A DNA stretch of 62,333 nt from Verrucomicrobiota bacterium (GTDB lineage: Bacteria; Verrucomicrobiota; Verrucomicrobiia; Chthoniobacterales; UBA10450), in contig QHPG01000102.1 in assembly GCA_003219005.1 (NCBI GenBank), positions 1-62,333 of the forward strand, given 5' to 3'. The translations under genes and the position numbers were made by a program. A model generated the notes under the pieces. That model worked only from the letters and a program-made list of their open reading frames with translations, was not told the DNA's origin and did no database searches. Of the stretch, positions 26,655 to 34,363 are shown one piece after another (the first letter of the stretch is position 1; every line of letters starts with the position of its first letter).

Positions 26655-26733
26655 AATTTCTGCAGTTCATTGCCATTGTGTTAGTCACGAGAAACTTTGA
26701 ACCATTTTAGCAACTACGTTTTCTAATCAACCT

Positions 26734-27348
26734 ATGAACACGAAAATAACCTTGACCGTTATCGCATCATTGATCGCCACTGCAGTCTTTGCCTCGGATC
26801 CGCCTCCGTTGGGCAGCGCTGCGCCAGATTTTTCGCTGAGCGACGCGAAAGGTACGACGCACTCGCTTTCGCAATACAAGGGTAAGTATGTCGTGCTCGA
26901 ATGGTTTAATCCGGAATGTCCGTTCGTGAAGAAGCATTACGGCGGCGGCAACATGCAAAAGTTGCAGGGCGAATATACGGGCAAAGGCGTTGTCTGGCTC
27001 ACGATCAATTCCAATGCGCCCAGCACCCAGGGTAGTCTGACGCCGGAGGAGGCGGAAAAGATTACGACTGCGTGGAAGACGCATCAGACCGCGTTGCTAC
27101 TCGATCCCGAAGGCAAAGCGGGGCTTGCTTACGGCGCCAAGAACACGCCTGATATGGTGATCATCAATCCAGAGGGAAAAATCGCCTACGAAGGAGCGAT
27201 CGACAGCAAAGCCACGCCGAATCCTGCGGATATTCCCAGCTCAACGAACTATGTTAAGGCGGCGTTGGATGAGTCCCTGGCAGGCAAACCCGTCACTAAG
27301 CCACAGACAAAGCCGTACGGTTGCCACGTCACATACAAATCGTCTTAG
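26734..27348 (+). CDS. Exported thioredoxin-fold redoxin (AhpC/TSA-like)
   Basis: 204 aa with a signal peptide (MNTKITLTVIASLIATAVFA). The redoxin motif is LEWFNPECPFVKKHY. Confidence 0.75.
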   Translation: MNTKITLTVIASLIATAVFASDPPPLGSAAPDFSLSDAKGTTHSLSQYKGKYVVLEWFNPECPFVKKHYGGGNMQKLQGEYTGKGVVWLTINSNAPSTQGSLTPEEAEKITTAWKTHQTALLLDPEGKAGLAYGAKNTPDMVIINPEGKIAYEGAIDSKATPNPADIPSSTNYVKAALDESLAGKPVTKPQTKPYGCHVTYKSS

Positions 27349-27411
27349 AGCTGTAGCCGCGGGCGATGACCGCGGCCGATCGGCGTCAACAACGCCGGCT
27401 CCAGTATTTCG

Positions 27412-27445
27412 AAGCGGCGGTCAAAGTGGCCGCCGCTTTTGTTTG
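27412..27445 (+). terminator. Rho-independent-type terminator after the redoxin gene
   Basis: A 9-bp stem AAGCGGCGG (27412-27420) / CCGCCGCTT (27430-27438) is followed by TTGTTTG. Confidence 0.55.
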
Positions 27446-27461
27446 CGGATCGGCATGCAGT

Positions 27462-28259
27462 TCAGCCTCGCCCCGGGGAGAGCCGTAGTATCAAGCGCAC
27501 GACTGGCATCGGCATCAACCGAGTCAGAATCATAGCAAACTTCATTGCAAATCCAGGAATCACGAGCGGCCGGTCGGCTTCCAGTGCTGCCAGCGCCGCG
27601 CGCACGACTCGTGCGGTCGAAACAAAAAAGATTTTCGAACCGGTTTCAGGCTGACCGCCCGGCCGCTTGGCGACTTGTTGAAACTCAGTGCGCACAGGAC
27701 CGGGGCATACAGCGCATACGCTCACCCCTTTCCCCCGAACTTCGGCCCGGATCGCTTCAGAAAAACTTGTTACATATGCTTTGGTGGCGGCGTAAACGGC
27801 GTCGCCAGGGATCGGAAGAAAGCCGGCCGACGAGCTGACGTTCAGGATGCCGCCGCGCCGTTTCGCAATCATTTGGGGAAGCAAACGACGAGTGAGTGAA
27901 GTAAGCGCCACGACGTTTACCAGCAGCATCTGCTCATTGCGAATGGCATCGCCGGTCGCAAACGCGCCACTATCGCCGAGCCCCGCATTATTGATTAAAA
28001 GATCGACATCGATCTTATCGTGCGCGAGCGAATCGATCAGCAATTCGATCTGCGTTTTGTCGGCAAGATCGACAACGCGAACGTTAACATCCAGGTTTGG
28101 ATTTCGGTTCAGCAATTCGTCGCGTAAATCAGCTAAACGTTCGCTTCGCCGTGCGACGAGAACAATTGTGCGCGCACGGTTTGCAAGTTGTCGCGCAAAT
28201 TCGCGGCCGATCCCCGAGGAAGCGCCCGTGATCAGCGCGCTGCAACCGTCGAGTTTCAT
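27462..28259 (-). CDS. SDR-family short-chain dehydrogenase/reductase
   Basis: ATG 28259 overlaps the upstream stop (ATGA). Motifs present: TGASSGIG, NNAG, catalytic YAATKAY. Confidence 0.85.
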   Translation of the reverse strand: MKLDGCSALITGASSGIGREFARQLANRARTIVLVARRSERLADLRDELLNRNPNLDVNVRVVDLADKTQIELLIDSLAHDKIDVDLLINNAGLGDSGAFATGDAIRNEQMLLVNVVALTSLTRRLLPQMIAKRRGGILNVSSSAGFLPIPGDAVYAATKAYVTSFSEAIRAEVRGKGVSVCAVCPGPVRTEFQQVAKRPGGQPETGSKIFFVSTARVVRAALAALEADRPLVIPGFAMKFAMILTRLMPMPVVRLILRLSPGRG

Positions 28260-28957
28260 TTGTTCCTGGTAACCTTGGCTATTGATTCGAGCTCGCGTTT
28301 TGTGAGCACCCGCCAATGCCCACGCGACAGATCGGCAAGCCGAAGATTTCCGACGCGAACGCGGAGAAGATGTTTGACGCGGTAGCCAACGGCTTCAAAC
28401 ATGCGGCGAATTTGCCGATTGATTCCCTGCTGCAACACAACCCGCAAACGCGTGGGCGAGACTGAATGAAGTCGCGCGATTCTGGCTCGCTGGCCATTCA
28501 GAAAAATTCCCCGCAGCAATTTCGGAGCGAGTGCTGGGTCCCACGGCCGATCCAGCGTCACCTCATATTCTTTGTCGGTTTCATAGCGCGGGTGAGTAAG
28601 CGCCAGCGCGAGGTCGCCATCATTTGTGAGAAGAAGCAATCCCTCAGTTTGGGCGTCCAGCCGCCCGATGTTGAAGAGCCGCGAAAATTTTTGTGGAAGC
28701 AGATCAAACACGGTGTCGCGCGCGTGGTCATCTTTTCGGGTCGAAACGAATCCCGCGGGTTTATGCAGCATGATGGTAAGCGCTGGAGCGGTATGCACAA
28801 GTTTGCCATCGACTTTGACATGATCATCCAGGTCGGGCTGTACACTGAAGTTTGTGCAGACCTTGCCATTGATGGCGACCCGACCCGCCGCGATCAATTC
28901 ATCACAATGTCGACGCGATCCGATGCCGGCGGCGGCAAGAAAGCGATTAAGGCGCAC
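28256..28957 (-). CDS. Pseudouridine synthase, RsuA/RluB family
   Basis: 233 aa with a GTG start. It has an S4 domain (MRLNRFLAAAGIGSRR) and the catalytic GRLDAQTEGLLLLTNDG. Confidence 0.85.
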   Translation of the reverse strand: MRLNRFLAAAGIGSRRHCDELIAAGRVAINGKVCTNFSVQPDLDDHVKVDGKLVHTAPALTIMLHKPAGFVSTRKDDHARDTVFDLLPQKFSRLFNIGRLDAQTEGLLLLTNDGDLALALTHPRYETDKEYEVTLDRPWDPALAPKLLRGIFLNGQRARIARLHSVSPTRLRVVLQQGINRQIRRMFEAVGYRVKHLLRVRVGNLRLADLSRGHWRVLTKRELESIAKVTRNK

Positions 28958-28963
28958 TGGCTG

Positions 28964-29040
28964 GTGAGGTGTGATTAGTGAAAAGTGAGACGTAAGATAC
29001 GAATCCGCTCACCAATCACTTCTCACGAATCACCTCTCAC
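28964..29040. repeat. Two inverted 35-nt heptamer modules (5 x GTGANNN) separated by 7 nt; 77 nt = 11 x 7
   Basis: Left module: GTGAGGT GTGATTA GTGAAAA GTGAGAC GTAAGAT (28964-28998). The right module (29006-29040) reads GTGAGAG GTGATTC GTGAGAA GTGATTG GTGAGCG on the other strand. About 20 of the first 25 positions can pair. Confidence 0.7.
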
Positions 29041-29048
29041 GCTTCCAA

Positions 29049-29204
29049 TTAGACGTCCGGCTTGGTTTTCGGCAGGCCGATGACTTTGCTGCCTTCCTTC
29101 CATTGACCGCGCTTCTTCAGAAGCTCGACGCGCTCGAAGCGTTTCAGCACATTGCGCCTGGCAGCGATCGTGCTCGCTCCTTTTAAACTGCGATGTTGCG
29201 ACAT
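29049..29204 (-). CDS. Small basic protein (TIGR04137-like, PVC-typical)
   Basis: The internal ATG 29204 of the 70-aa track ORF gives MSQHRSLKGASTIAARRNVLKRFERVELLKKRGQWKEGSKVIGLPKTKPDV. The RNVLKR.ER...L...G.W..G..V.GLPKTK pattern matches that family from memory. Confidence 0.65.
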   Translation of the reverse strand: MSQHRSLKGASTIAARRNVLKRFERVELLKKRGQWKEGSKVIGLPKTKPDV

Positions 29205-29297
29205 AAACCTTTTCCCTCGCGAAATGAGCCGGCACATTAAACCCGCCTCCGGATTTTTCAAATGTAGATCGCCTGTCTCTCTGCGTCCAAATGCGCC

Positions 29298-31091
29298 CTA
29301 AAGCTGGTTACCAAGCACCACGCACGTCCCCGACGTGATGACCTGGTGATAAATGTGAAAGCGACTGGTCAAAAGCTGTTTCCAGTAATCCGCCCGGCTT
29401 TGCTCCACTATGAGATAAACCGCTTCGGGTTGAGCCCACTTCTTTAAGACCGCATCTTCATTCAGGAAAATATCGACCGGGGGCGTGCCGAGGGGCGCCG
29501 CTCTCTGGCGGTTTTGATTAACAAGAAAGAACTTCCGGTTCAGGTAAAAAATAAGGCTACTGCTTTCGTCCAGCGGTCCTTCAAAAATCGCGTCGCCGCC
29601 TGCGTCGAGGCGCGGATTTAGGAATCGCGCTACGTTCGCGAGTGAGAAATAAGGCGAGGCTCGAGCGACACCGTCCATCATGCTGAGCCCAATTGGAACC
29701 ATCGACGCAGCCAGGGCGACGGCAGCGAGTTTCTCGCGTCGTTTGAAAATAAAATAAAGCGCCACCAGCGAGAAAAACACGAGCGAGCTACCCGTTATCG
29801 CCACCAATGGCCGTAAGGCCAGCCAGGCTGACACGGGCATGTCGTGTAATGCCTTCCAAGCTGTCCAGCGCGTGTCCATTGTTCCCCAGTTTCCGTTCAA
29901 AGCGCGCGCGGCGTGGGCAAGGAAGAATGCCGCAGCAGCGCTCATCATGCCGCTGAGGCCGACGGCGATTGCGCCTGCAATGCGCCACCTCTGTGGCATC
30001 CGACCCCATACCGCCGCTGCCCACAGCGCAAACGCGCTCCACATGCTCATCGAATAATAATCCTGCCGTTGTCCCAGAAAGAGCAGCGGGACAAAAACGA
30101 CGCCCATCCAGCAAAGCAGCAGTGCATCGGGAAAATTGAACTCATGCGGCCGCATCACGCGACGCCAGGCGAACATCACTCCGGGTAGCAGCGCGATCGA
30201 CCACGGAAACAACCAAGCCAAATGCATGAGCACAAATTGATAGGCAGGCACGCCCAGGTAATCACGCAGCTCGTCAGAAAGTCCCCATAGATGACCCTCC
30301 CATTCCCGGGCGATAAGGTAATGAAAGTACCCCGGGAACTTCCATTGCGCCCAGATGTGCCAAGGGGCAGCGATCAAAAGAAAGATCGCCAAATATTCCC
30401 AACGCAAAAGCGCGAGATATCGCAGCCGCGCTTCGCGATAAAACATCGACAGCAGAAGAAAAATCGCCGCCGGATAAGCAAGGCCGAGTAAACCTTTGCT
30501 TAGGCAAGCGAAGGCCGAGCAAACCCAGAAGCCAGCGAACCACACCCGCCGATGACGACGGCGCTGATAGCCGCACAATCCGCAGAAAATCGCGCCCGCG
30601 ATAAACGCGCCGACGAGCGGTTCGGGCATGACGATGCGGGCGAGCAAAAATGTGCCGCAGCAGCTGAGGTATATCAGACCGGCAATGAAACCGCGCCAGT
30701 AGTCCGTGAGCTTTTCCCCAATCAAAAAAATCAAGGCAACCAAAGCGACCACCGCCAGCGCACCCGGAAGCCGCGCCGCTGCAGCGTTTATGCCGAAAAG
30801 CTTGAACGAGACAATAATGAGCCAGTAGAGCAACGGCGGTTTTTGCAGGCGCGGGATTCCGTCGTTCGTGGGCATGAGCCATTGATTGGTCTCGACCATC
30901 TCGCGTGCCGCGCCGGCATACTGTCCCTCGGTCTGGCTGTAAAGATCGCCTGTGCCGATCGTCGCCACGTGTAACAGCGCCGCCAACGCAATTAGAATCG
31001 CAAACAGCGCGTGACGCGTGGGCGGTGGAGGTAGCGCCGGCGGCTCGAGCAGAGTTTCTTCCAAGCTTAAAGTCTGGGTACCTGCGGTCAT
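29298..31091 (-). CDS. GT39/ArnT-like membrane glycosyltransferase
   Basis: ATG 31091 lies 5 nt after the thioesterase stop; the track start 31175 would overlap that gene by 79 nt. It carries the classic ArnT/PMT_2 N-terminal signature (EGQYAGAAREMVETNQWLMPTNDGIPRLQKPPLLYWL) and is polytopic. Confidence 0.8.
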   Translation of the reverse strand: MTAGTQTLSLEETLLEPPALPPPPTRHALFAILIALAALLHVATIGTGDLYSQTEGQYAGAAREMVETNQWLMPTNDGIPRLQKPPLLYWLIIVSFKLFGINAAAARLPGALAVVALVALIFLIGEKLTDYWRGFIAGLIYLSCCGTFLLARIVMPEPLVGAFIAGAIFCGLCGYQRRRHRRVWFAGFWVCSAFACLSKGLLGLAYPAAIFLLLSMFYREARLRYLALLRWEYLAIFLLIAAPWHIWAQWKFPGYFHYLIAREWEGHLWGLSDELRDYLGVPAYQFVLMHLAWLFPWSIALLPGVMFAWRRVMRPHEFNFPDALLLCWMGVVFVPLLFLGQRQDYYSMSMWSAFALWAAAVWGRMPQRWRIAGAIAVGLSGMMSAAAAFFLAHAARALNGNWGTMDTRWTAWKALHDMPVSAWLALRPLVAITGSSLVFFSLVALYFIFKRREKLAAVALAASMVPIGLSMMDGVARASPYFSLANVARFLNPRLDAGGDAIFEGPLDESSSLIFYLNRKFFLVNQNRQRAAPLGTPPVDIFLNEDAVLKKWAQPEAVYLIVEQSRADYWKQLLTSRFHIYHQVITSGTCVVLGNQL

Positions 31092-31096
31092 TGAAA

Positions 31097-31561
31097 TTAT
31101 CCTTCGCCGGAAAGACTCCTCCCGATTTGGCGCCCGCCTTCGGGATAAATCATAGCTTTCCGATATTCTTGCCAATGTTCAGGCACACGCAGTAATTTTC
31201 CCGTGGGCATCTCGATCAGCGCAAGCATCTGACGGCATTGGGCAATCAACGTGTTGTCCTCCGGTCGTGTGATCCGAAACGCGCCCCAGAACCGCGCGCG
31301 TTCCACCTGATCGAGCCAGCCCTCAATCACAAGCCGGTCCCCGAGTTTGGCTGCGCGGCGATAATCAATCTCGGTGCGCACCACTACTGGATACGTTTGT
31401 TTTTCGGCCATTTCTCGCAAGGCGAGACCGAGTTGCTCGGCAAGATGTGTGCGTGCGATCTCAATGAAACGCAGATAAGCGATATTTGAGACGACGCCTC
31501 CGCAATCGGTGTCGAAGAACATCACTTGCACCTCTGTGCGAATTTGCGGTGGCGCGGCCAT
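31097..31561 (-). CDS. 4HBT/YbgC-type acyl-CoA thioesterase
   Basis: 154 aa. The hot-dog-fold N-terminal motif is VQVMFFDTDCGGVVSNIAYLRF. Confidence 0.8.
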   Translation of the reverse strand: MAAPPQIRTEVQVMFFDTDCGGVVSNIAYLRFIEIARTHLAEQLGLALREMAEKQTYPVVVRTEIDYRRAAKLGDRLVIEGWLDQVERARFWGAFRITRPEDNTLIAQCRQMLALIEMPTGKLLRVPEHWQEYRKAMIYPEGGRQIGRSLSGEG

Positions 31562-31577
31562 AGTAGGTTCTCAAATT

Positions 31578-31733
31578 TCAGATCTTCTTGCGCACAATCG
31601 AGAGTACAGCGTCCACAACTTCCTCGGCACTGACCGCTTTCATACAGCGAAAATCTATTGGGCACTCGCGAAGGAAACAGGGACTACATTCGACGTGATG
31701 TCGCAGGATAATGTGACCGTTGGCAATGATCGC
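31578..31733 (-). pseudogene. Out-of-frame 3' remnant of the GT9 heptosyltransferase domain
   Basis: A different minus-strand frame from the 31684..33387 ORF encodes ..IIANGHIILRHHVECSPCFLRECPIDFRCMKAVSAEEVVDAVLSIVRKKI* (stop 31580-31578). This is the canonical GT9 C-terminus (C.PC..R.CP....CM..I). It ends 16 nt before the thioesterase ATG. Confidence 0.6.
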
Positions 31734-33387
31734 TGATCGCAGCCGCGATCTGGTCCCCTATCGCAACGTCATTCTTGGTTCCGAACAAAATCCATTGTGC
31801 GGATGATTGTGCGCTAATCTTTGCGGCCACCTCGGCGAATCGCCCCTGGAGCCATCGTTTGGCCGGGCCGTAATCCGCGCCGGGACAAAGGCCGATTTTC
31901 AGCGGTTGATCGGCGACCGCAATTTGGATGTTGGATGTTGGACCTTCGGATTTTGACGTCTCCGCTCCGCATTCGCGCGCGATCCGGAGGAATCGGAGGG
32001 AATGGTGTTCCGGCGGACCCGGTGTTCGTGCCTCGGGCACAGGTTGGTTCAGTAGCCACCTTCTCCAGTGACCGCGATAACCGACCCTCCGCAGAATTCC
32101 GCCTAGCCAGGATTCAAGAGCAACACGCAACGAATTTGGAAAAAGGATCGCGACATCAAAATGCGATCGTCGCCGAAGCAACGAAACAGCCGGAAGCAAC
32201 GAACCGTTTGGCAAAGGAATAATCGCGTCCACTTCAGGAACGAGGTTCCACATCGGCGCAATCTTCGCTTGCGCAGCGACCGTTACTTGCGCGTCGGGAC
32301 GCCCATTCTTGATCGCGCGGACTGTCGGCACGCTCATTACGGCGTCACCCAGCCAGTTGCTCGAACGAATGAGAATTCGGAATGGCTTTAGATCGTGAGC
32401 TGAAACTCCCGGCGGCAGATGAACACCGCGTTTGTATCGCGCGAGAAGAAAATTCGGCTGGGGCGTTTTCCAGCGGTTGTGCACCCAAAACCAATCTTCC
32501 GGTGCGAGACGAATTTGTTGCTCGATCACTTCATTTATTTTCGATGTGAGCGTCGCAACAGACGCACCGGGTTGGTCAAAGCGCTCGGTGAATACCATGC
32601 GCCAGCGCGCGGGACCTGTCGTGTACACCGCGGCGGCGATAACCGCCGCGTGGGTGCGCTTTGCGAGTAAACCAGGCAGAGGCGAAGTGGACGCCAGTCT
32701 CCCGAAAAACGGCGTCCAGAGCCCATGGTCGCCTGCGTGTTGATCGGACAAAACACCCACGCCGCCGCCGGAACGAAGCAGCTCGATCACCGGCTCAAAT
32801 CCGTCGTGGCGATCGAACAATTCCAAGCCAGTCTGGCTCCGTGTGCGGCGCACATGTTCGTCAATGAAACGATTGCCGAGTCCTTGATAGACACTCGCGT
32901 TCCGCACGAAACCGACGAACTTCGGCATCAATTGCGCGAATAATTCCCAAATACCGAGGTGGCTTAAAATCAGAACGACGGGAACCCCGGCGCGAAATTG
33001 CGAACCCATTGACTCTATATTTTCGACTTTGACGTGTCGCAGAATCTTCTCAGGCGGCATCGTACACAGCTTGACGCCACACAGCAGGTTCGCCCCGAGC
33101 CGTTGAAAATGCCGGCGCACAAGACGGCGCAATTCGGGCGGCGATTTTTCATTGCCAAATGCAATCGCAACGTTGCGTTTTGCCAGCCGCCGATATTTCC
33201 CCGAAACGACCCACGCGCAAACGCCGAGGAATTGCCCAAAGGCAAAGAGAAACCGCAACGGCATCGCGGCGATAATGGCCAACCCCGCGCGATAAAGTAG
33301 ATAAACGACAACGTCGAGCATTGCGGAACTGGGAGTATCGCAGGATGGCGCGGCAGGGTAGATTTGCCTGCTGTTTGCTTCAACCAA
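31684..33387 (-). CDS. LpxL/HtrB-type lipid A acyltransferase fused to a GT9 heptosyltransferase domain (GT9 part disrupted)
   Basis: 567 aa. The N-terminal 320 aa or so are LPLAT/LpxL-like (LILSHLGIWE, ...WFWVHNRWK). They run without a stop into GT9 (RILIRSSNWLGDAVMSVPTVRAIK, GLCPGADYGPAKRW). The ORF ends prematurely after ..IGDQIAAAISDH. Confidence 0.7.
   Translation of the reverse strand: MVEANSRQIYPAAPSCDTPSSAMLDVVVYLLYRAGLAIIAAMPLRFLFAFGQFLGVCAWVVSGKYRRLAKRNVAIAFGNEKSPPELRRLVRRHFQRLGANLLCGVKLCTMPPEKILRHVKVENIESMGSQFRAGVPVVLILSHLGIWELFAQLMPKFVGFVRNASVYQGLGNRFIDEHVRRTRSQTGLELFDRHDGFEPVIELLRSGGGVGVLSDQHAGDHGLWTPFFGRLASTSPLPGLLAKRTHAAVIAAAVYTTGPARWRMVFTERFDQPGASVATLTSKINEVIEQQIRLAPEDWFWVHNRWKTPQPNFLLARYKRGVHLPPGVSAHDLKPFRILIRSSNWLGDAVMSVPTVRAIKNGRPDAQVTVAAQAKIAPMWNLVPEVDAIIPLPNGSLLPAVSLLRRRSHFDVAILFPNSLRVALESWLGGILRRVGYRGHWRRWLLNQPVPEARTPGPPEHHSLRFLRIARECGAETSKSEGPTSNIQIAVADQPLKIGLCPGADYGPAKRWLQGRFAEVAAKISAQSSAQWILFGTKNDVAIGDQIAAAISDHCQRSHYPATSRRM
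31927..31961. repeat. 35-nt heptamer module (GATGTTG GATGTTG GACCTTC GGATTTT GACGTCT) lying inside the GT9 coding region
   Basis: Read directly. It has the same 5 x 7 architecture and the GAYGTTS unit seen in the intergenic modules at 423 and 14564. On the coding strand it specifies the linker peptide ..ETSKSEGPTSNIQ.. Confidence 0.55.
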
Positions 33388-33555
33388 TATAATGTGCCCT
33401 GTGTCGCCGCCACTGGATGTACTCTGTCCTCACCGTCAGCCAATACCTACGCGCTATTTGTTTCCTCCACCGCAAGATTAATCAAAACCCCGTGCTGCCG
33501 AAAATCTTTCTCGCGAACGCGCCGATTTTTCGTTAGGGACTAGAGCTGCTAAAAA

Positions 33556-34302
33556 ATGAGCAAGGACGAAGAAAATCTGTGGCAGGGCATAGAGGCCAGT
33601 GCGCGAGACGCGCTGGTTGTTCGCGATTATGAGACAGGCTCGTTCGCCCAACGGCTCCGCAGTCCGGGAGTCGAGGCTGGCGAACTGATGGCAGTGAACC
33701 GACGCCAGCCCGAGGTGAAGCGAACGTGGATCCCGGGCGTAGACATTTTTGCGCGAAAGATTTTTGCGCAGCTGCACCGTGGCAGTTTTGGCGAATTTGT
33801 TCGCCAGAATAAGGGCGCTCTGGCAAAGATCGGATTTTGGCCGAAACAATGGTCTGGCGCACGCATGTTCGCCGGCACGGCGAAAGGTTTTCACGTGCAT
33901 CCGCCAAGTATTCCGGCGGATACAACGTCGGAAAAATGGCACCGCCGATTGTTCATTCGGCAGCCGGAAAATTACTCGTTGCGCCGCTACAACGACGAGC
34001 AATGGGACGTGATGTTTTTTTTGCAGGGGCGCGCTGAGATAATTTTGTGCGACATTCGAGCGGGGCTTGCCCGGCGGGTGATGCGATTCTTTGTCGATGG
34101 TGACAATCACCGTAGCAAGAGCAACGTCGGCATCGTAATTCCACCGGGCGTAGCGCATGCCATTCGTGCCGAAGGTGCAGAAGATGTGATCATGGTTTAC
34201 GGAACCAGCACTGTTTTTCATCCGGAATTCGAGGGACGCATCGCGAGCGAAGTCGAGATAGCGGAATTGCCCGAAGGCTGGAAGGAATTCTTGAAGCCGT
34301 GA
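33556..34302 (+). CDS. RmlC-like cupin (dTDP-4-dehydrorhamnose 3,5-epimerase-related)
   Basis: 248 aa. The cupin core is AKGFHVHPP ... QWDVMFFLQGRAEIILCDIR ... IPPGVAHAIRAEG. It was preferred over the antisense 277-aa ORF, which has no recognisable features. Confidence 0.55.
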   Translation: MSKDEENLWQGIEASARDALVVRDYETGSFAQRLRSPGVEAGELMAVNRRQPEVKRTWIPGVDIFARKIFAQLHRGSFGEFVRQNKGALAKIGFWPKQWSGARMFAGTAKGFHVHPPSIPADTTSEKWHRRLFIRQPENYSLRRYNDEQWDVMFFLQGRAEIILCDIRAGLARRVMRFFVDGDNHRSKSNVGIVIPPGVAHAIRAEGAEDVIMVYGTSTVFHPEFEGRIASEVEIAELPEGWKEFLKP

Positions 34303-34350
34303 CGCAGACAATCCTGTCTGCGCGGATGGCTAGCAGGCACGATTGCCTGC
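34303..34350. repeat. Two tandem REP-like hairpins (CGCAGACA-ATCC-TGTCTGCG and GCAGGCA-CGAT-TGCCTGC)
   Basis: Perfect stems at 34303-34322 and 34333-34350, immediately after the cupin stop. They may act as a terminator, but there is no U-tract. Confidence 0.6.
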
Positions 34351-34363
34351 GTCACAAGCGTCG

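Noticed and set aside
33478-34311. 277-aa minus-strand ORF overlapping the 248-aa plus-strand ORF almost completely.
   Set aside because: The plus-strand product has a cupin/RmlC-like core (GFHVHPP, QWDVMFFLQGRAEIIL, PPGVAHAI). The minus-strand product has no motif and an Arg/Ser-rich composition. Only one can be real, and I kept the plus strand.
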